The notes: generated from the sequence alone by a model not told the origin. A stretch of 37,428 nucleotides of DNA from a virus (IMGVR_UViG_3300045825_000120:1-37428), one strand, 5' to 3'. Shown: positions 16,467 to 25,221, numbered from the stretch's first letter. A program made the numbers and translations.

Positions 16467-16801
16467 CACCAACACCCGAACAACTAGCGCAGTTAACGAA
16501 CGATGCAAAACTTGCGTATTTCAATGATGGCACTATTGGGATAAGTCACAAGCCAATTGAAGCGTATGTGTCTGGCTACCTACGCGCCCGTACCGAGCAA
16601 GCCACCGAGATAGCAGCACTCAAAGCTCTTGCGAAGTTTGGAGCAATGGTATTAGGTAGTCGGATACTAATGTTTCAACCGAGTAGCGTTACGTCTCATG
16701 CTTTAAAAGCTGGTGTGCTTGTCAGCGGTAACGGCAACTTGCAAGCAGTTAGCTACGCACCAAACATCGAAGCCACCATTGAACAACTATTGAAGGACTG
16801 A
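16463..16801 (+). CDS. Hypothetical protein
   Basis: 112 aa; ATGA-coupled. Confidence 0.65.
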   Translation: MTPTPEQLAQLTNDAKLAYFNDGTIGISHKPIEAYVSGYLRARTEQATEIAALKALAKFGAMVLGSRILMFQPSSVTSHALKAGVLVSGNGNLQAVSYAPNIEATIEQLLKD

Positions 16802-16802
16802 C

Positions 16803-17228
16803 ATGCCACAAATTTCAAAAGAACAGATTGAGCAAAGCATCAAAAGCCTAGTTGACGTGCTCATGCAATCAAAGGGCTGGTTGCGGGAATATGCCGATGC
16901 GATTATTCGTGATGCGATTGACCGCAAGCATTTGCTAGAGGGTGAGCCAGTAGAAGAATTTAAATTTCCAAACCAGATGTGGCAATGGAAAGCATTGAAA
17001 GACGGTGCAGTGATTTATCAATATGGTGAACACGTACCCGCATTGTTTAAAAAGAGTGCCAAGTTATTACCTACGTCACCAGCCGCATTCATACCCATTA
17101 CAGCTGGTATGGTGACGGATGAGATGATTGACGCGCTTGCAAGACAGTGCCCAACATACAACACGGTAGAAATTGACCGTCAGACAATCGCGGCGTCTGT
17201 AAATATCTACCTAGGAGCAAAGAAATGA
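16803..17228 (+). CDS. Hypothetical protein
   Basis: 141 aa; AAGGA RBS. Confidence 0.65.
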   Translation: MPQISKEQIEQSIKSLVDVLMQSKGWLREYADAIIRDAIDRKHLLEGEPVEEFKFPNQMWQWKALKDGAVIYQYGEHVPALFKKSAKLLPTSPAAFIPITAGMVTDEMIDALARQCPTYNTVEIDRQTIAASVNIYLGAKK

Positions 17229-17530
17229 GAAGCCTGATTTATGAGGTAGCCTTGCTCGCAAGAATCACCGAGCTAGAGGCACAACTGGCAGCGGTAGCGT
17301 GGCAACCGATTTCGACAGCGCCGAAGGATTCGTTTAGTCGCTTATACATGGTGAATGGGCGCTGTGTACAAGGGTTTTTTGATGCTACAGGCATGCTTTG
17401 CGCTCAAACCGATTATCAACCTTGGAGAAAAATGTACGGCAATCCTACCCACTGGATGCCCCTACCCAAGCCACCTATAGTAGGAGCAGCGACAGAGCGG
17501 CTGAAATCGGGAGGGTTAGCCAATGAGTGA
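17225..17530 (+). CDS. DUF551-like protein
   Basis: WQPISTAPKD...PTHWMPLPKPP. Confidence 0.8.
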   Translation: MRSLIYEVALLARITELEAQLAAVAWQPISTAPKDSFSRLYMVNGRCVQGFFDATGMLCAQTDYQPWRKMYGNPTHWMPLPKPPIVGAATERLKSGGLANE

Positions 17531-17732
17531 CCCAAAACATCCCACCAACAGAGCATGGGAGCTATTCGACCCTGAAATCCACCCGCCGCCAAAAGGTAAA
17601 AGCCTGTTGTTAATCAATGAGGGTGGTACGCTAACTATTGGCACTTGGTACGCTGGGGCTTTAGCTTGGGGGTATAAACCGACTATTCCAGCAAGTGTTA
17701 AGGCTAGAATGCAAAGGTCATTATCTAAGTAA
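17523..17732 (+). CDS. Hypothetical protein (DUF551-like)
   Basis: PPPKGKSLLL...GTW...LAWGYKP. Confidence 0.6.
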   Translation: MSDPKHPTNRAWELFDPEIHPPPKGKSLLLINEGGTLTIGTWYAGALAWGYKPTIPASVKARMQRSLSK

Positions 17733-17736
17733 ATAT

Positions 17737-18177
17737 TTATTTAGGCCATGCAGTAGAACAAGCTATTTTGTCGGAAACATGCCCATCAGCTTCAGCCGCG
17801 ATTCGTCTAGCCAATTCTGCACCTGTTGCGAGTATGTTTGTGACGGTATCGGCGTACTGTGCGCAGGAGGATAGGTTTGCTTGGCTTGCGTTTCGTCCTG
17901 TACGTAGACTGTCCCGCAAGCTGTTAGCAGAAGCATTGGCAGCGTTAGCAGCAGCGAGGTTAATTTCAAGTTGTTTGATTTTCGCATTTTCAGCTCCTAG
18001 CTTGCGTTTTTCGTTTTCAGTAGCACGGGTTTCAGATTGTTTTCTTGCCAATCGTTGCGCTTCTGCGTAGCTTTCTATCAACGGTTTTTGATAGTAGTCA
18101 CGAATAGAGTCATTGAACCACCACAACGCAGCCGCGCCGATTAGGGCGATAACCGCATACTCGATTAGCTTACTCAT
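17737..18177 (-). CDS. i-spanin (Rz-like)
   Basis: N-terminal TM, coiled coil, two Cys; last gene of the lysis cluster. Confidence 0.8.
   Translation of the reverse strand: MSKLIEYAVIALIGAAALWWFNDSIRDYYQKPLIESYAEAQRLARKQSETRATENEKRKLGAENAKIKQLEINLAAANAANASANSLRDSLRTGRNASQANLSSCAQYADTVTNILATGAELARRIAAEADGHVSDKIACSTAWPK
17763..17987 (-). CDS. o-spanin (Rz1-like lipoprotein), embedded
   Basis: Lipobox LTAC; Pro-rich; nested in the i-spanin in another frame. Confidence 0.75.
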   Translation of the reverse strand: MRKSNNLKLTSLLLTLPMLLLTACGTVYVQDETQAKQTYPPAHSTPIPSQTYSQQVQNWLDESRLKLMGMFPTK

Positions 18178-18641
18178 TGCGCTGGCGTCGTGGCGAATGG
18201 TGACACTGGAGTAATTGACACCAACCCATTGTTAGCTGTGCCAATGTCAGCCGCGCCTTTTGTGCTGTTGACAATACCCATAACCGCGCCAAGGTAGGCA
18301 TTGTATGCTCCACCAGCCGCGGGGACTAGCACCTTAGCCCATTCAAGCGCCTCATTTACAGGGGCAGCGATAGCAGGGGCAGCGCTTTGGATGGCACTAC
18401 CAGCCGCCGCTTTCATATTGGCAAAGGTCAACATAGCACCCATGCGGCAAACATCGCTCTCACAACCCTTAGCAGCACTGGCAACGGCTAAAGCAATGGT
18501 TTCGTCTGACTTTGCGCGAGCCTGAGCCTCTGCAATGCCTCGCTTAGAAGCTGCTTCATGCGCTGCGGTATAGGCTTGGTTGCCACCACTAGCACAGCCT
18601 TCGAGCATAGCAAAAATTAGCACAATAAATAATACTTTCAT
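18174..18641 (-). CDS. Ala-rich lipoprotein
   Basis: Signal MKVLFIVLIFAMLEGC ending in a lipobox Cys. Confidence 0.7.
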   Translation of the reverse strand: MKVLFIVLIFAMLEGCASGGNQAYTAAHEAASKRGIAEAQARAKSDETIALAVASAAKGCESDVCRMGAMLTFANMKAAAGSAIQSAAPAIAAPVNEALEWAKVLVPAAGGAYNAYLGAVMGIVNSTKGAADIGTANNGLVSITPVSPFATTPAQ

Positions 18642-18940
18642 TGGGGAATCCTTTTTTCAAAGTTGGATAAGTCACGGTCAAATTGCGTCTCAGATTCTTC
18701 GGGTTTTTTGATGTTCCCGAAACTGACTTCGGGGACATTGGCTATCGGTGCTACTTTAATAACTGGCTTTTTAACGCTAGGCTTTACAGGTATTGCTTGT
18801 TCAACTACTACAGGCACTTGCACAATAGGTGCATCTTTTGGTATTTTTATCAGCACATAAACAATCGCTAGTAGTATAGAAATCACGCCTACAGCTAGCC
18901 AGCCGCTAGTGATAAAAGCAAACAATTTACTCTGATACAT
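18638..18940 (-). CDS. Single-TM protein with Pro/Val-rich linker
   Basis: Likely start MYQSK after GGAAGG; TM WLAVGVISILLAIVYVLI. Confidence 0.6.
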   Translation of the reverse strand: MYQSKLFAFITSGWLAVGVISILLAIVYVLIKIPKDAPIVQVPVVVEQAIPVKPSVKKPVIKVAPIANVPEVSFGNIKKPEESETQFDRDLSNFEKRIPQ

Positions 18941-18996
18941 GTTTTCCTTCCAGCTTTGTCGTGTTGGGGCTAAGTATCTCTCTATCTCTAAGTCAA

Positions 18997-19113
18997 TCAC
19001 GGAAACCACCCTTTGACCGTCTTAACGATGTAAATTGCAGGGGTAACTAGCCAGCCTTTAGCGTAAGAATGCATGAATAATGCGCCTAGAACGAAACCAA
19101 TAATGAATGACAT
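18997..19113 (-). CDS. 38-aa membrane peptide (not in ORF track)
   Basis: MSFIIGFVLGALFMHSYAKGWLVTPAIYIVKTVKGWFP; AAGGGG RBS. Confidence 0.55.
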   Translation of the reverse strand: MSFIIGFVLGALFMHSYAKGWLVTPAIYIVKTVKGWFP

Positions 19114-19126
19114 AGTTATTTCCCCT

Positions 19127-19204
19127 TATAATGGGTGCATCTAGTAACCGCTGCAAACGGCTACTAGATACTTCAAACATCGCATCATTGAAAGGATTAG
19201 CGAC
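19127..19204 (+). promoter_or_regulatory. HNH-1 promoter (TATAAT), TGCAA-apex hairpin and RBS leader
   Basis: TATAAT 19127-19132; stem-loop 19139-19169; AAGGATTAGCGAC before ATG. Confidence 0.55.
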
Positions 19205-19717
19205 ATGAGCAAAGAAATTTTAACACATGAATATCTAAAATCAATACTGCATTACAGCATCATTACAGGTCAGTTTTGCTACTTACGGTCAACTGCACAA
19301 TGCGTAAAAATTGGCGCTGTAGCTGGAACTTTATCTACTAACGGCTATAACTATATAAAAATAAACGGGACTCGCTATTCTGCACATCGTCTAGCATGGT
19401 TTTGGGTAACTGGCGAATGGCCTGCAAATCAGATTGACCACACAAATGGGGTTAGAGATGCTAATTGGTGGCTTAATATGCGAGAAGCTACTTGCTCGCA
19501 GAATTGCTGTAACACCAGAAAACATATTGATAATACCAGCGGCTATAAAGGGGTTTTCTGGGAGGAAAGGCGTCAAAGGTGGCGGGCAAGCATCATGCTA
19601 AATAGGAAATCTAAACATCTTGGTTATTATGCGACGCCTGAGCTAGCCTATGCTGCGCGAATTAAAGCTGAAAAATCTATGCACGGAGATTTTTCGCGCG
19701 CTGTAATAAATCAATGA
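19205..19717 (+). CDS. HNH-AP2 homing endonuclease 1
   Basis: AHRLAW...IDHTNGVRDAN...NMRE..SQN plus NTSGYKGV..WRASI..HLGYY AP2 domain; antisense to the lysis operon. Confidence 0.9.
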   Translation: MSKEILTHEYLKSILHYSIITGQFCYLRSTAQCVKIGAVAGTLSTNGYNYIKINGTRYSAHRLAWFWVTGEWPANQIDHTNGVRDANWWLNMREATCSQNCCNTRKHIDNTSGYKGVFWEERRQRWRASIMLNRKSKHLGYYATPELAYAARIKAEKSMHGDFSRAVINQ

Positions 19718-20345
19718 TGATTTTTACCCATTTGGTAAAAGGCGTTTCAGTCAATGTTGGAGGTGTTACAGCTTCAACGGGCTTGGCTTCAAACTTGGAA
19801 AACGCCGCCGCTAGTTTTACATCGTAATTGTTAGAGGCAAAACCCGCCCCGTTGTAGCCCTTAGCAAACGCCGCCCAATCGTGATGTCTTAGCGAAGCAC
19901 CTAGCCCCGTTTTTTGAACGAATGATACAAACGCCATTAAATGCTCGCGTTCGTCTTTATACATAGCCGTGACAAATTCACCGATTGTTCCATGCCCTGC
20001 TAAGACGTGATTAAATCCCATGATTTGAAACTTACCCCAACTTGCGGACATCATCGCTGCTTCACGGTCAAGTTCCATAGCACGCTTAAGCCTAGTTTGT
20101 TCGGCTTGCCATGTTTTACCGTAATAGGTTTTCGTCCATGCGGGAAAACACAAATCAGGATGTGAGCCGCTAAATTTGCCGTTAGTGTATTTGAAAAACT
20201 TATGCCCTTCAAATAGTGTAACGGGCGTGCTATCAGGGTTAAACCCGCCATTTAATGACTCCACCTCAGATACAGCCTTGATAGCTGCGACATCGCAGTT
20301 CAGTGCTTCGGCTGCATTTTGAAAGTCTTGCTCTATGAGTTTCAT
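19677..20345 (-). CDS. Endolysin, N-acetylmuramidase (DUF3380-like)
   Basis: AIKAVSEVES, LFEGHKF, SASWGKFQIMGFNH, FAKGYNG; start MKLIEQ after AGGGA RBS. Confidence 0.9.
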   Translation of the reverse strand: MKLIEQDFQNAAEALNCDVAAIKAVSEVESLNGGFNPDSTPVTLFEGHKFFKYTNGKFSGSHPDLCFPAWTKTYYGKTWQAEQTRLKRAMELDREAAMMSASWGKFQIMGFNHVLAGHGTIGEFVTAMYKDEREHLMAFVSFVQKTGLGASLRHHDWAAFAKGYNGAGFASNNYDVKLAAAFSKFEAKPVEAVTPPTLTETPFTKWVKIIIDLLQRAKNLRA

Positions 20346-20359
20346 AAATTCCCTATTTA

Positions 20360-20440
20360 TGATAAAATATACGCAGTTAGAAGGTGTTGCAAGCACCCCT
20401 AACCACTTCTACAAATCGCATTACCTGAAGGATTAGCGAC
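20360..20440 (+). promoter_or_regulatory. HNH-2 promoter (TG-a-TAAAAT), TGCAA-apex hairpin and RBS leader
   Basis: Extended -10 at 20360-20368; stem-loop 20376-20403; same AAGGATTAGCGAC leader. Confidence 0.55.
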
Positions 20441-20950
20441 ATGAGCGAAAGCATTTTAACACATGAATATTTAAAAGAACACCTTCATTACAGCGTAATT
20501 ACTGGCAAGTTTTATTGGCTAGAATCAGCGTCAAAAAGAATTAAAACCAATGATGTAGCTGGAAATTTAACATGCAAAGACTACCGTAGAATTAGAATAA
20601 ATGGTAGTAATTATTTTGCCCATAGACTAGCATGGTTTTGGGTAACTGGCGAATGGCCTGAAAAGCAGATTGACCATAAAAACAGGATAAGAGACGATAA
20701 CTATTGGCTAAATATTCGGGAAGCTACGCAGTCTCAAAATAATTATAATAAAGGCATTAGCCCAACTAATTCTAGCGGATTTAAAGGCGTTTATTGGTAT
20801 AAGACTTACCAAAAATGGCGAGCTAATATTAGAATAAATGGGAAAAAGAAACATCTAGGCTACTTCGATAGCCCAGAATTAGCACATAAAGCCTACGTAA
20901 AAGCAGGAAAAGAGCATCATGGCGAGTTTTTTTTGGCTAATCCGCTCTAG
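20441..20950 (+). CDS. HNH-AP2 homing endonuclease 2
   Basis: AHRLAWFWVTGEWP..IDHKNRIRDDN..NIRE..SQN; NSSGFKGV..WRANI..HLGYF. Confidence 0.9.
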   Translation: MSESILTHEYLKEHLHYSVITGKFYWLESASKRIKTNDVAGNLTCKDYRRIRINGSNYFAHRLAWFWVTGEWPEKQIDHKNRIRDDNYWLNIREATQSQNNYNKGISPTNSSGFKGVYWYKTYQKWRANIRINGKKKHLGYFDSPELAHKAYVKAGKEHHGEFFLANPL

Positions 20951-21041
20951 GCGCTTCCACTTCGCAAACCGCTTGTATAGCAGCTACATCACAATTTAAA
21001 GCTGTAGCAGCCTCCTCAAAGTCTTTGGTTGTGAGTGTCAT
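20937..21041 (-). pseudogene. Truncated endolysin 5' stub (34 aa)
   Basis: MTLTTKDFEEAATALNCDVAAIQAVCEVEAPRAD* is homologous to the endolysin N-terminus; ATGA-coupled to the holin. Confidence 0.85.
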
Positions 21042-21259
21042 GGCTTAGGCTCTAAGTCTTGTTTGATAAACTTACCTATAACCCCGAATATGGCAATGGT
21101 CATGGTACTGTAAGCCATGATTGAATTAAACCCTTTAGGAAGTGCGTCAATCCATGCCTGAGGTGTAGCAGCGTAAACGCCTTGAATCGCTCCGACTGCT
21201 AACAATGCGCCTGTGCTAAAGTGTCTCCATACTTGAATTGCATTTTCTACAAGTTTCAT
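21038..21259 (-). CDS. Putative holin (2 TM)
   Basis: MKLVENAIQVWRHFS... with two hydrophobic helices; GAAGGA RBS; upstream of endolysin. Confidence 0.65.
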   Translation of the reverse strand: MKLVENAIQVWRHFSTGALLAVGAIQGVYAATPQAWIDALPKGFNSIMAYSTMTIAIFGVIGKFIKQDLEPKP

Positions 21260-21269
21260 AGTTTTTCCT

Positions 21270-21512
21270 TCAAGGTTGGTATCCATGGTTGATTGCCCAT
21301 TCTTTGAATATATAGGCAAGTCCCAGCAATAAAAACCAGACTAAACCCGCGAGTGTTTTTTCGATGACGGCTTGTCGGTATTTGATTGACTGCGCCTCGC
21401 GCTGTATCGCAAGTTTCACCCATCGGTGTTCGTCGTCCGACAATTGCGGCACTTTGTTATTGACAGCTTGAGTGATTTCATAGATGAAATTAGCGCGTTC
21501 GGCTGGCGTCAT
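21270..21512 (-). CDS. Small C-terminal-TM protein (holin/antiholin-like)
   Basis: Helical N-terminus plus TM LAGLVWFLLLGLAYIF. Confidence 0.55.
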   Translation of the reverse strand: MTPAERANFIYEITQAVNNKVPQLSDDEHRWVKLAIQREAQSIKYRQAVIEKTLAGLVWFLLLGLAYIFKEWAINHGYQP

Positions 21513-21524
21513 GAGGATTTTTCC

Positions 21525-22034
21525 CTAGTCTTTAAAAAATAAATCAGTTACATCTATTGCATCAAAGTCATATTCTAACTTCTCGAAAAACTCAGCAGGT
21601 GTTAATTCGTGCGGATTTGCCATATATGAAACGGGTAATGCTTTGGGCGTAGTTTCGTTGCAGAAAAAACGCTCTACGGAATAGTGAAGGTTGCGCAGAA
21701 AATGCAGCTTTGTCCCAGCAGCACCCAGCCAGTCGTAAGGGCAACCATCGAAGGCTTTGAACCATGCCTTGCTTGGCTCGATTGACCACTGCGGCACGTC
21801 TAACGCTATCCAATTACCTTTTGTTAGTGCAATGTCAGCCTTGGTTCTTACGCCGTGGTCACGCGCTGAGCTACTGGCAATGGTGCATAACTTGTAGTTG
21901 TTGCCAGCGTGGACACATTCTGTATGCGTCACGCGCTTAAACTTTCCTGTTTGCATCAATCGCGTGATAAACCAACCTAGACGAACCAGTATGTCATCTT
22001 TTTTGTGGTTACCGATGTAGCCTAGGACTATCAT
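21525..22034 (-). CDS. Permuted papain-like NlpC/P60 (YaeF/YiiX-like) enzyme
   Basis: THTECV (His first), GCPYDWLG, FFCNE (Cys last). Confidence 0.75.
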   Translation of the reverse strand: MIVLGYIGNHKKDDILVRLGWFITRLMQTGKFKRVTHTECVHAGNNYKLCTIASSSARDHGVRTKADIALTKGNWIALDVPQWSIEPSKAWFKAFDGCPYDWLGAAGTKLHFLRNLHYSVERFFCNETTPKALPVSYMANPHELTPAEFFEKLEYDFDAIDVTDLFFKD

Positions 22035-22516
22035 TCACCGTAAGCTGTAGGCCAGCCTGTCAAATAGTTGTATGTGTGAGGCGTTGCACTGGCTCGCATA
22101 GCGGCGTTGTGCATTTCAGCCGCTGTGAAAATAGCAATGTCAGATGCCGCCGCCGTGCCAAAGATTTGACCTGCTAAGGTTTGCGTCATAACGACAAACG
22201 TGCCGTCCATTGTTTTCCAAGGCGTGTTGGCTGGGATATTAGCACCCATCATCACCAAGCCCATTTGCTGGGTTCGGCTGAACGTGTCGGAGTGATACCA
22301 CTTTGTCCCGACTTTGTAGCCGCCAGTTTGTATGCGTCTATCGCGCTCAGCTTTGATTTTTACCCACATATTTTCTGTTGTTGGAATAGGTGCATTTGCT
22401 AGCCTAATTGCATTGGCTTCCTCGTTGGTGATTTGTGTACAACCTTGCGGGAGAAAATACTCAAACTCAGTGGAGTCGATAAAATATAAATTGTCTTGGG
22501 TATCTTTGTAGTGCAT
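22031..22516 (-). CDS. Tail fibre assembly chaperone (DUF4376-like)
   Basis: IKAERDRR...WYHSD..SRTQ...WKTMDGTFV..GWP; follows the fibre gene. Confidence 0.75.
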   Translation of the reverse strand: MHYKDTQDNLYFIDSTEFEYFLPQGCTQITNEEANAIRLANAPIPTTENMWVKIKAERDRRIQTGGYKVGTKWYHSDTFSRTQQMGLVMMGANIPANTPWKTMDGTFVVMTQTLAGQIFGTAAASDIAIFTAAEMHNAAMRASATPHTYNYLTGWPTAYGE

Positions 22517-22527
22517 GGTTTATTCCT

Positions 22528-23493
22528 TTAATTTAATTCTGACCACTTTTGCATGCCAGAGAAAGAACCATTAGCATTCGCAACTGAATACGATTGACCT
22601 GGGGGAACTGTGAAACTAATGGTTGAAATGCCAGATGCTGCTGCAGCTTCGCTACCGTAGGCGATAAGTACGCCGTTAACAGTTGCCGCTATGTATGCAG
22701 TTGCTGCGTTTGCACCAGATACACTAATCAATACTTTTCTTTGTGTTGACGCTGTGTTGTAGTAGGTAGTCGCCAAGGCGCGACTACCCGTTACGACTTG
22801 CCACGATGCCGATTGAAGACCAACTAATGCCTGACCACCCATAGGCTGCACCAGTGTCGGTGTCTGCGCCCATGTACCCGCTGTTGTTTGCGTGCTGCGG
22901 AATAGTCCGACAACACGGTACGCAACACCTGTACGCGCTGTTGTTGAATAGATGGTTGTCGCACTGTCAGCCGCACCCGCGCCACCCTCAGCTACTGTTG
23001 TAATAACGCCTTGCTCATCAAGAACCAAACCGCCAGCGGAATTAGTCCAAGCCAACTCCATCGTGCCAGCGTTGTTGATTGCCAGAATGATGATGTCGCT
23101 TTGCACCGCGCTTGTCGTGCCACCCGTCGAGCCGCTAGAGATTACTGTCGTGATTTGTGAAGCATTAGCAACACCAGACGAAACACCATCCGTTAAAGTG
23201 GTAGAGCGAAAATCTAGAACTGTCGGATTTAGTTTGAGAGTAAGCGCATTGCCTGAAAGCGAATAATCAACGGATTGAAGCTGTTTTACACCGATAACAG
23301 TTCTAGCAGCATCTGCACTAGCCGCTGTTAATAGCGATATACCCGTAGCGGTAGCGGGAGTAGTCAGTGGCAAGTCAGTTTTGAGAACTTGCTTTATCAG
23401 GCGTAAATGGTCATCGCCCTGTGCTTTTGTATCAGTGCCTAGCGGGTTAGTGACCACTAGGTCATTTATGTGTGTTGCTGTTTCTAATGCCAT
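22528..23493 (-). CDS. Tail fibre protein
   Basis: N-terminal MALETATHINDL..NP..D...GDDHLRLIK anchor; C-terminal SFTVPPGQSYSV...WSEL. Confidence 0.8.
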   Translation of the reverse strand: MALETATHINDLVVTNPLGTDTKAQGDDHLRLIKQVLKTDLPLTTPATATGISLLTAASADAARTVIGVKQLQSVDYSLSGNALTLKLNPTVLDFRSTTLTDGVSSGVANASQITTVISSGSTGGTTSAVQSDIIILAINNAGTMELAWTNSAGGLVLDEQGVITTVAEGGAGAADSATTIYSTTARTGVAYRVVGLFRSTQTTAGTWAQTPTLVQPMGGQALVGLQSASWQVVTGSRALATTYYNTASTQRKVLISVSGANAATAYIAATVNGVLIAYGSEAAAASGISTISFTVPPGQSYSVANANGSFSGMQKWSELN

Positions 23494-23516
23494 GTAATAC
23501 CTCTATAATGTTTATT

Positions 23517-23609
23517 ATGGATTATATTGAATTTAAACTTTACAAAGCCTGTATCATTCTTGTCATCATTGCTATTTATGGCTTTTGGCTCGGATTTACT
23601 GGCCGTTAA
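23517..23609 (+). CDS. 30-aa antisense membrane peptide (candidate superinfection exclusion)
   Basis: MDYIEFKLYKACIILVIIAIYGFWLGFTGR; ATG 7 nt after TATAAT (23504-23509). Confidence 0.55.
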   Translation: MDYIEFKLYKACIILVIIAIYGFWLGFTGR

Positions 23610-25221
23610 TAAATGGTGCAGCGAGAGGTAAGGCTCTATAACCTCCTTGTCTAACCATATCGGTTAGTGCGTTAGCGCGTGGAGATTGATTGAGCACAAA
23701 TCGTTTTGACAAATCGCTATTCAACAAAGAATTAGCGCTGCGCCCTAAACCAATGCCACCAAGCAAAGGTAATGCACCCATGCCGCCTGAGCCATAAGAC
23801 AATGCACCAGCACTAGCAGCAACTGCTCTTTGCATAGCCCCATGTTGACCCTCTCTAGGTCTGACAAATTGTGCTGCAATATCGGCTAAATCCTGCATTT
23901 CAGGGTTGTTGATGTTTTTCATGTTAGCCAATCTAGCTACTGAAATTTCACCTTCAGCGCCATTTTTAGCCAAGTTTTGCAGCCCTAGCATGTTACCGTA
24001 TTGCTTGCGAGTTTCAGCAAAAGCTGCCGCTTCTGTTTGCCCTAGCGACCTATCCAAAGCACCCATCAATGAGCCCTTTAACTCTCGTGCATGAAATGCC
24101 TCATTACCAGAGCCACGACCTAAGCGGTCTAAAGTCTTTTTGATGTTATAGGCTGCTTGCCCATCAATCGAGCCACTAGCACCCTTATCCAATATCGTTT
24201 GAATTTGACTACTAATTGGTTTAAGAGCATCTGCGCCAAGTTCATTCTGTGCGGTTTGGTAAATGTCGCCAATCTCAGTAGCAAATTGCTTATCAACTGC
24301 GACAGTATTACTTTTAAGAACAGAGTCAAATTTAGCCCCCAAATCGCCTTCAGCTTTACGCAGTGCCATTGTTACATTCGGCGAATCCTGCCCAAACGTG
24401 CGCGACAATGCTTGGTTTAGTTGCGTGTTCATTTTCTGTTCTGTAGCAGCACGACCACTAAAAGGCACATAGTTTAATGTAGATGCAAGTGCATTCATTG
24501 GTTTGCTATTCGCCAATCTATCAGCTGGAATGTCAACACCGTATGATTTTGCTTTTGTGTAAAGGTTAGCTACTTCAGGCGATATTTCACCACCGCGCAA
24601 AGCACTACCAAGTGCGCGAGAACCAGCGCCTACACCTTGCGCCAATAACGGGAAAGTACCACCGATAGCAGCACCTACACCGATATCATTAGGATTAATC
24701 AAGCCAGCCGAAGCACCACCTACAGCAGCACCAGCACCAGCGCGAGTAAGCGCATCAATACCTCTAGCGCCAAGCCATTTTGCAGACTCAGGCAATAACG
24801 CACCAGTAGACATACCGCCAGAACTTAACGCTGTTGCTAATTGCGGAAAGAAACTAGCGACACCCTTACCAAGTAAACTACCAACGCCACCAGCACCAAG
24901 CAATTCACTGCCTAGCTTACCAGCACCATAACCAAATGATTTAGGGTCAGCCCCAACTAATGACTGCAAGCCAGCGTCCATAGACTGCCTACGTTGTTCA
25001 TTTTCTACGCCAGATTCAAACGGACGTATTAAAGTAGCACCAATAGAACCAGCACCACGAACCAAACCAGCGCCAATGTTAGCTTTTAAGTCGTCATAGC
25101 CGCGAGATATTTCACCAACACGGTCAAACAAAGTTGGTGATTTTGTAGGCTGTAAATCCGCAAACATGCCACCGCCACCGCCGCTAATAGGTTCGTTATT
25201 CAAGTCATCAAACATTCCCAT
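23596..25221 (-). CDS. DNA ejection / internal virion protein
   Basis: 541 aa, Gly/Ala-rich with hydrophobic stretches; precedes the fibre gene. Confidence 0.7.
   Translation of the reverse strand: MGMFDDLNNEPISGGGGGMFADLQPTKSPTLFDRVGEISRGYDDLKANIGAGLVRGAGSIGATLIRPFESGVENEQRRQSMDAGLQSLVGADPKSFGYGAGKLGSELLGAGGVGSLLGKGVASFFPQLATALSSGGMSTGALLPESAKWLGARGIDALTRAGAGAAVGGASAGLINPNDIGVGAAIGGTFPLLAQGVGAGSRALGSALRGGEISPEVANLYTKAKSYGVDIPADRLANSKPMNALASTLNYVPFSGRAATEQKMNTQLNQALSRTFGQDSPNVTMALRKAEGDLGAKFDSVLKSNTVAVDKQFATEIGDIYQTAQNELGADALKPISSQIQTILDKGASGSIDGQAAYNIKKTLDRLGRGSGNEAFHARELKGSLMGALDRSLGQTEAAAFAETRKQYGNMLGLQNLAKNGAEGEISVARLANMKNINNPEMQDLADIAAQFVRPREGQHGAMQRAVAASAGALSYGSGGMGALPLLGGIGLGRSANSLLNSDLSKRFVLNQSPRANALTDMVRQGGYRALPLAAPFINGQ

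Noticed and set aside
20346-20940. Group I intron in the endolysin
   Set aside because: The downstream endolysin already has a full N-terminus and RBS, the HNH is antisense, and there is no room for an intron core
22528-23493. Diversity-generating retroelement or invertible fibre tip
   Set aside because: No reverse transcriptase or invertase gene, and no template repeat noticed
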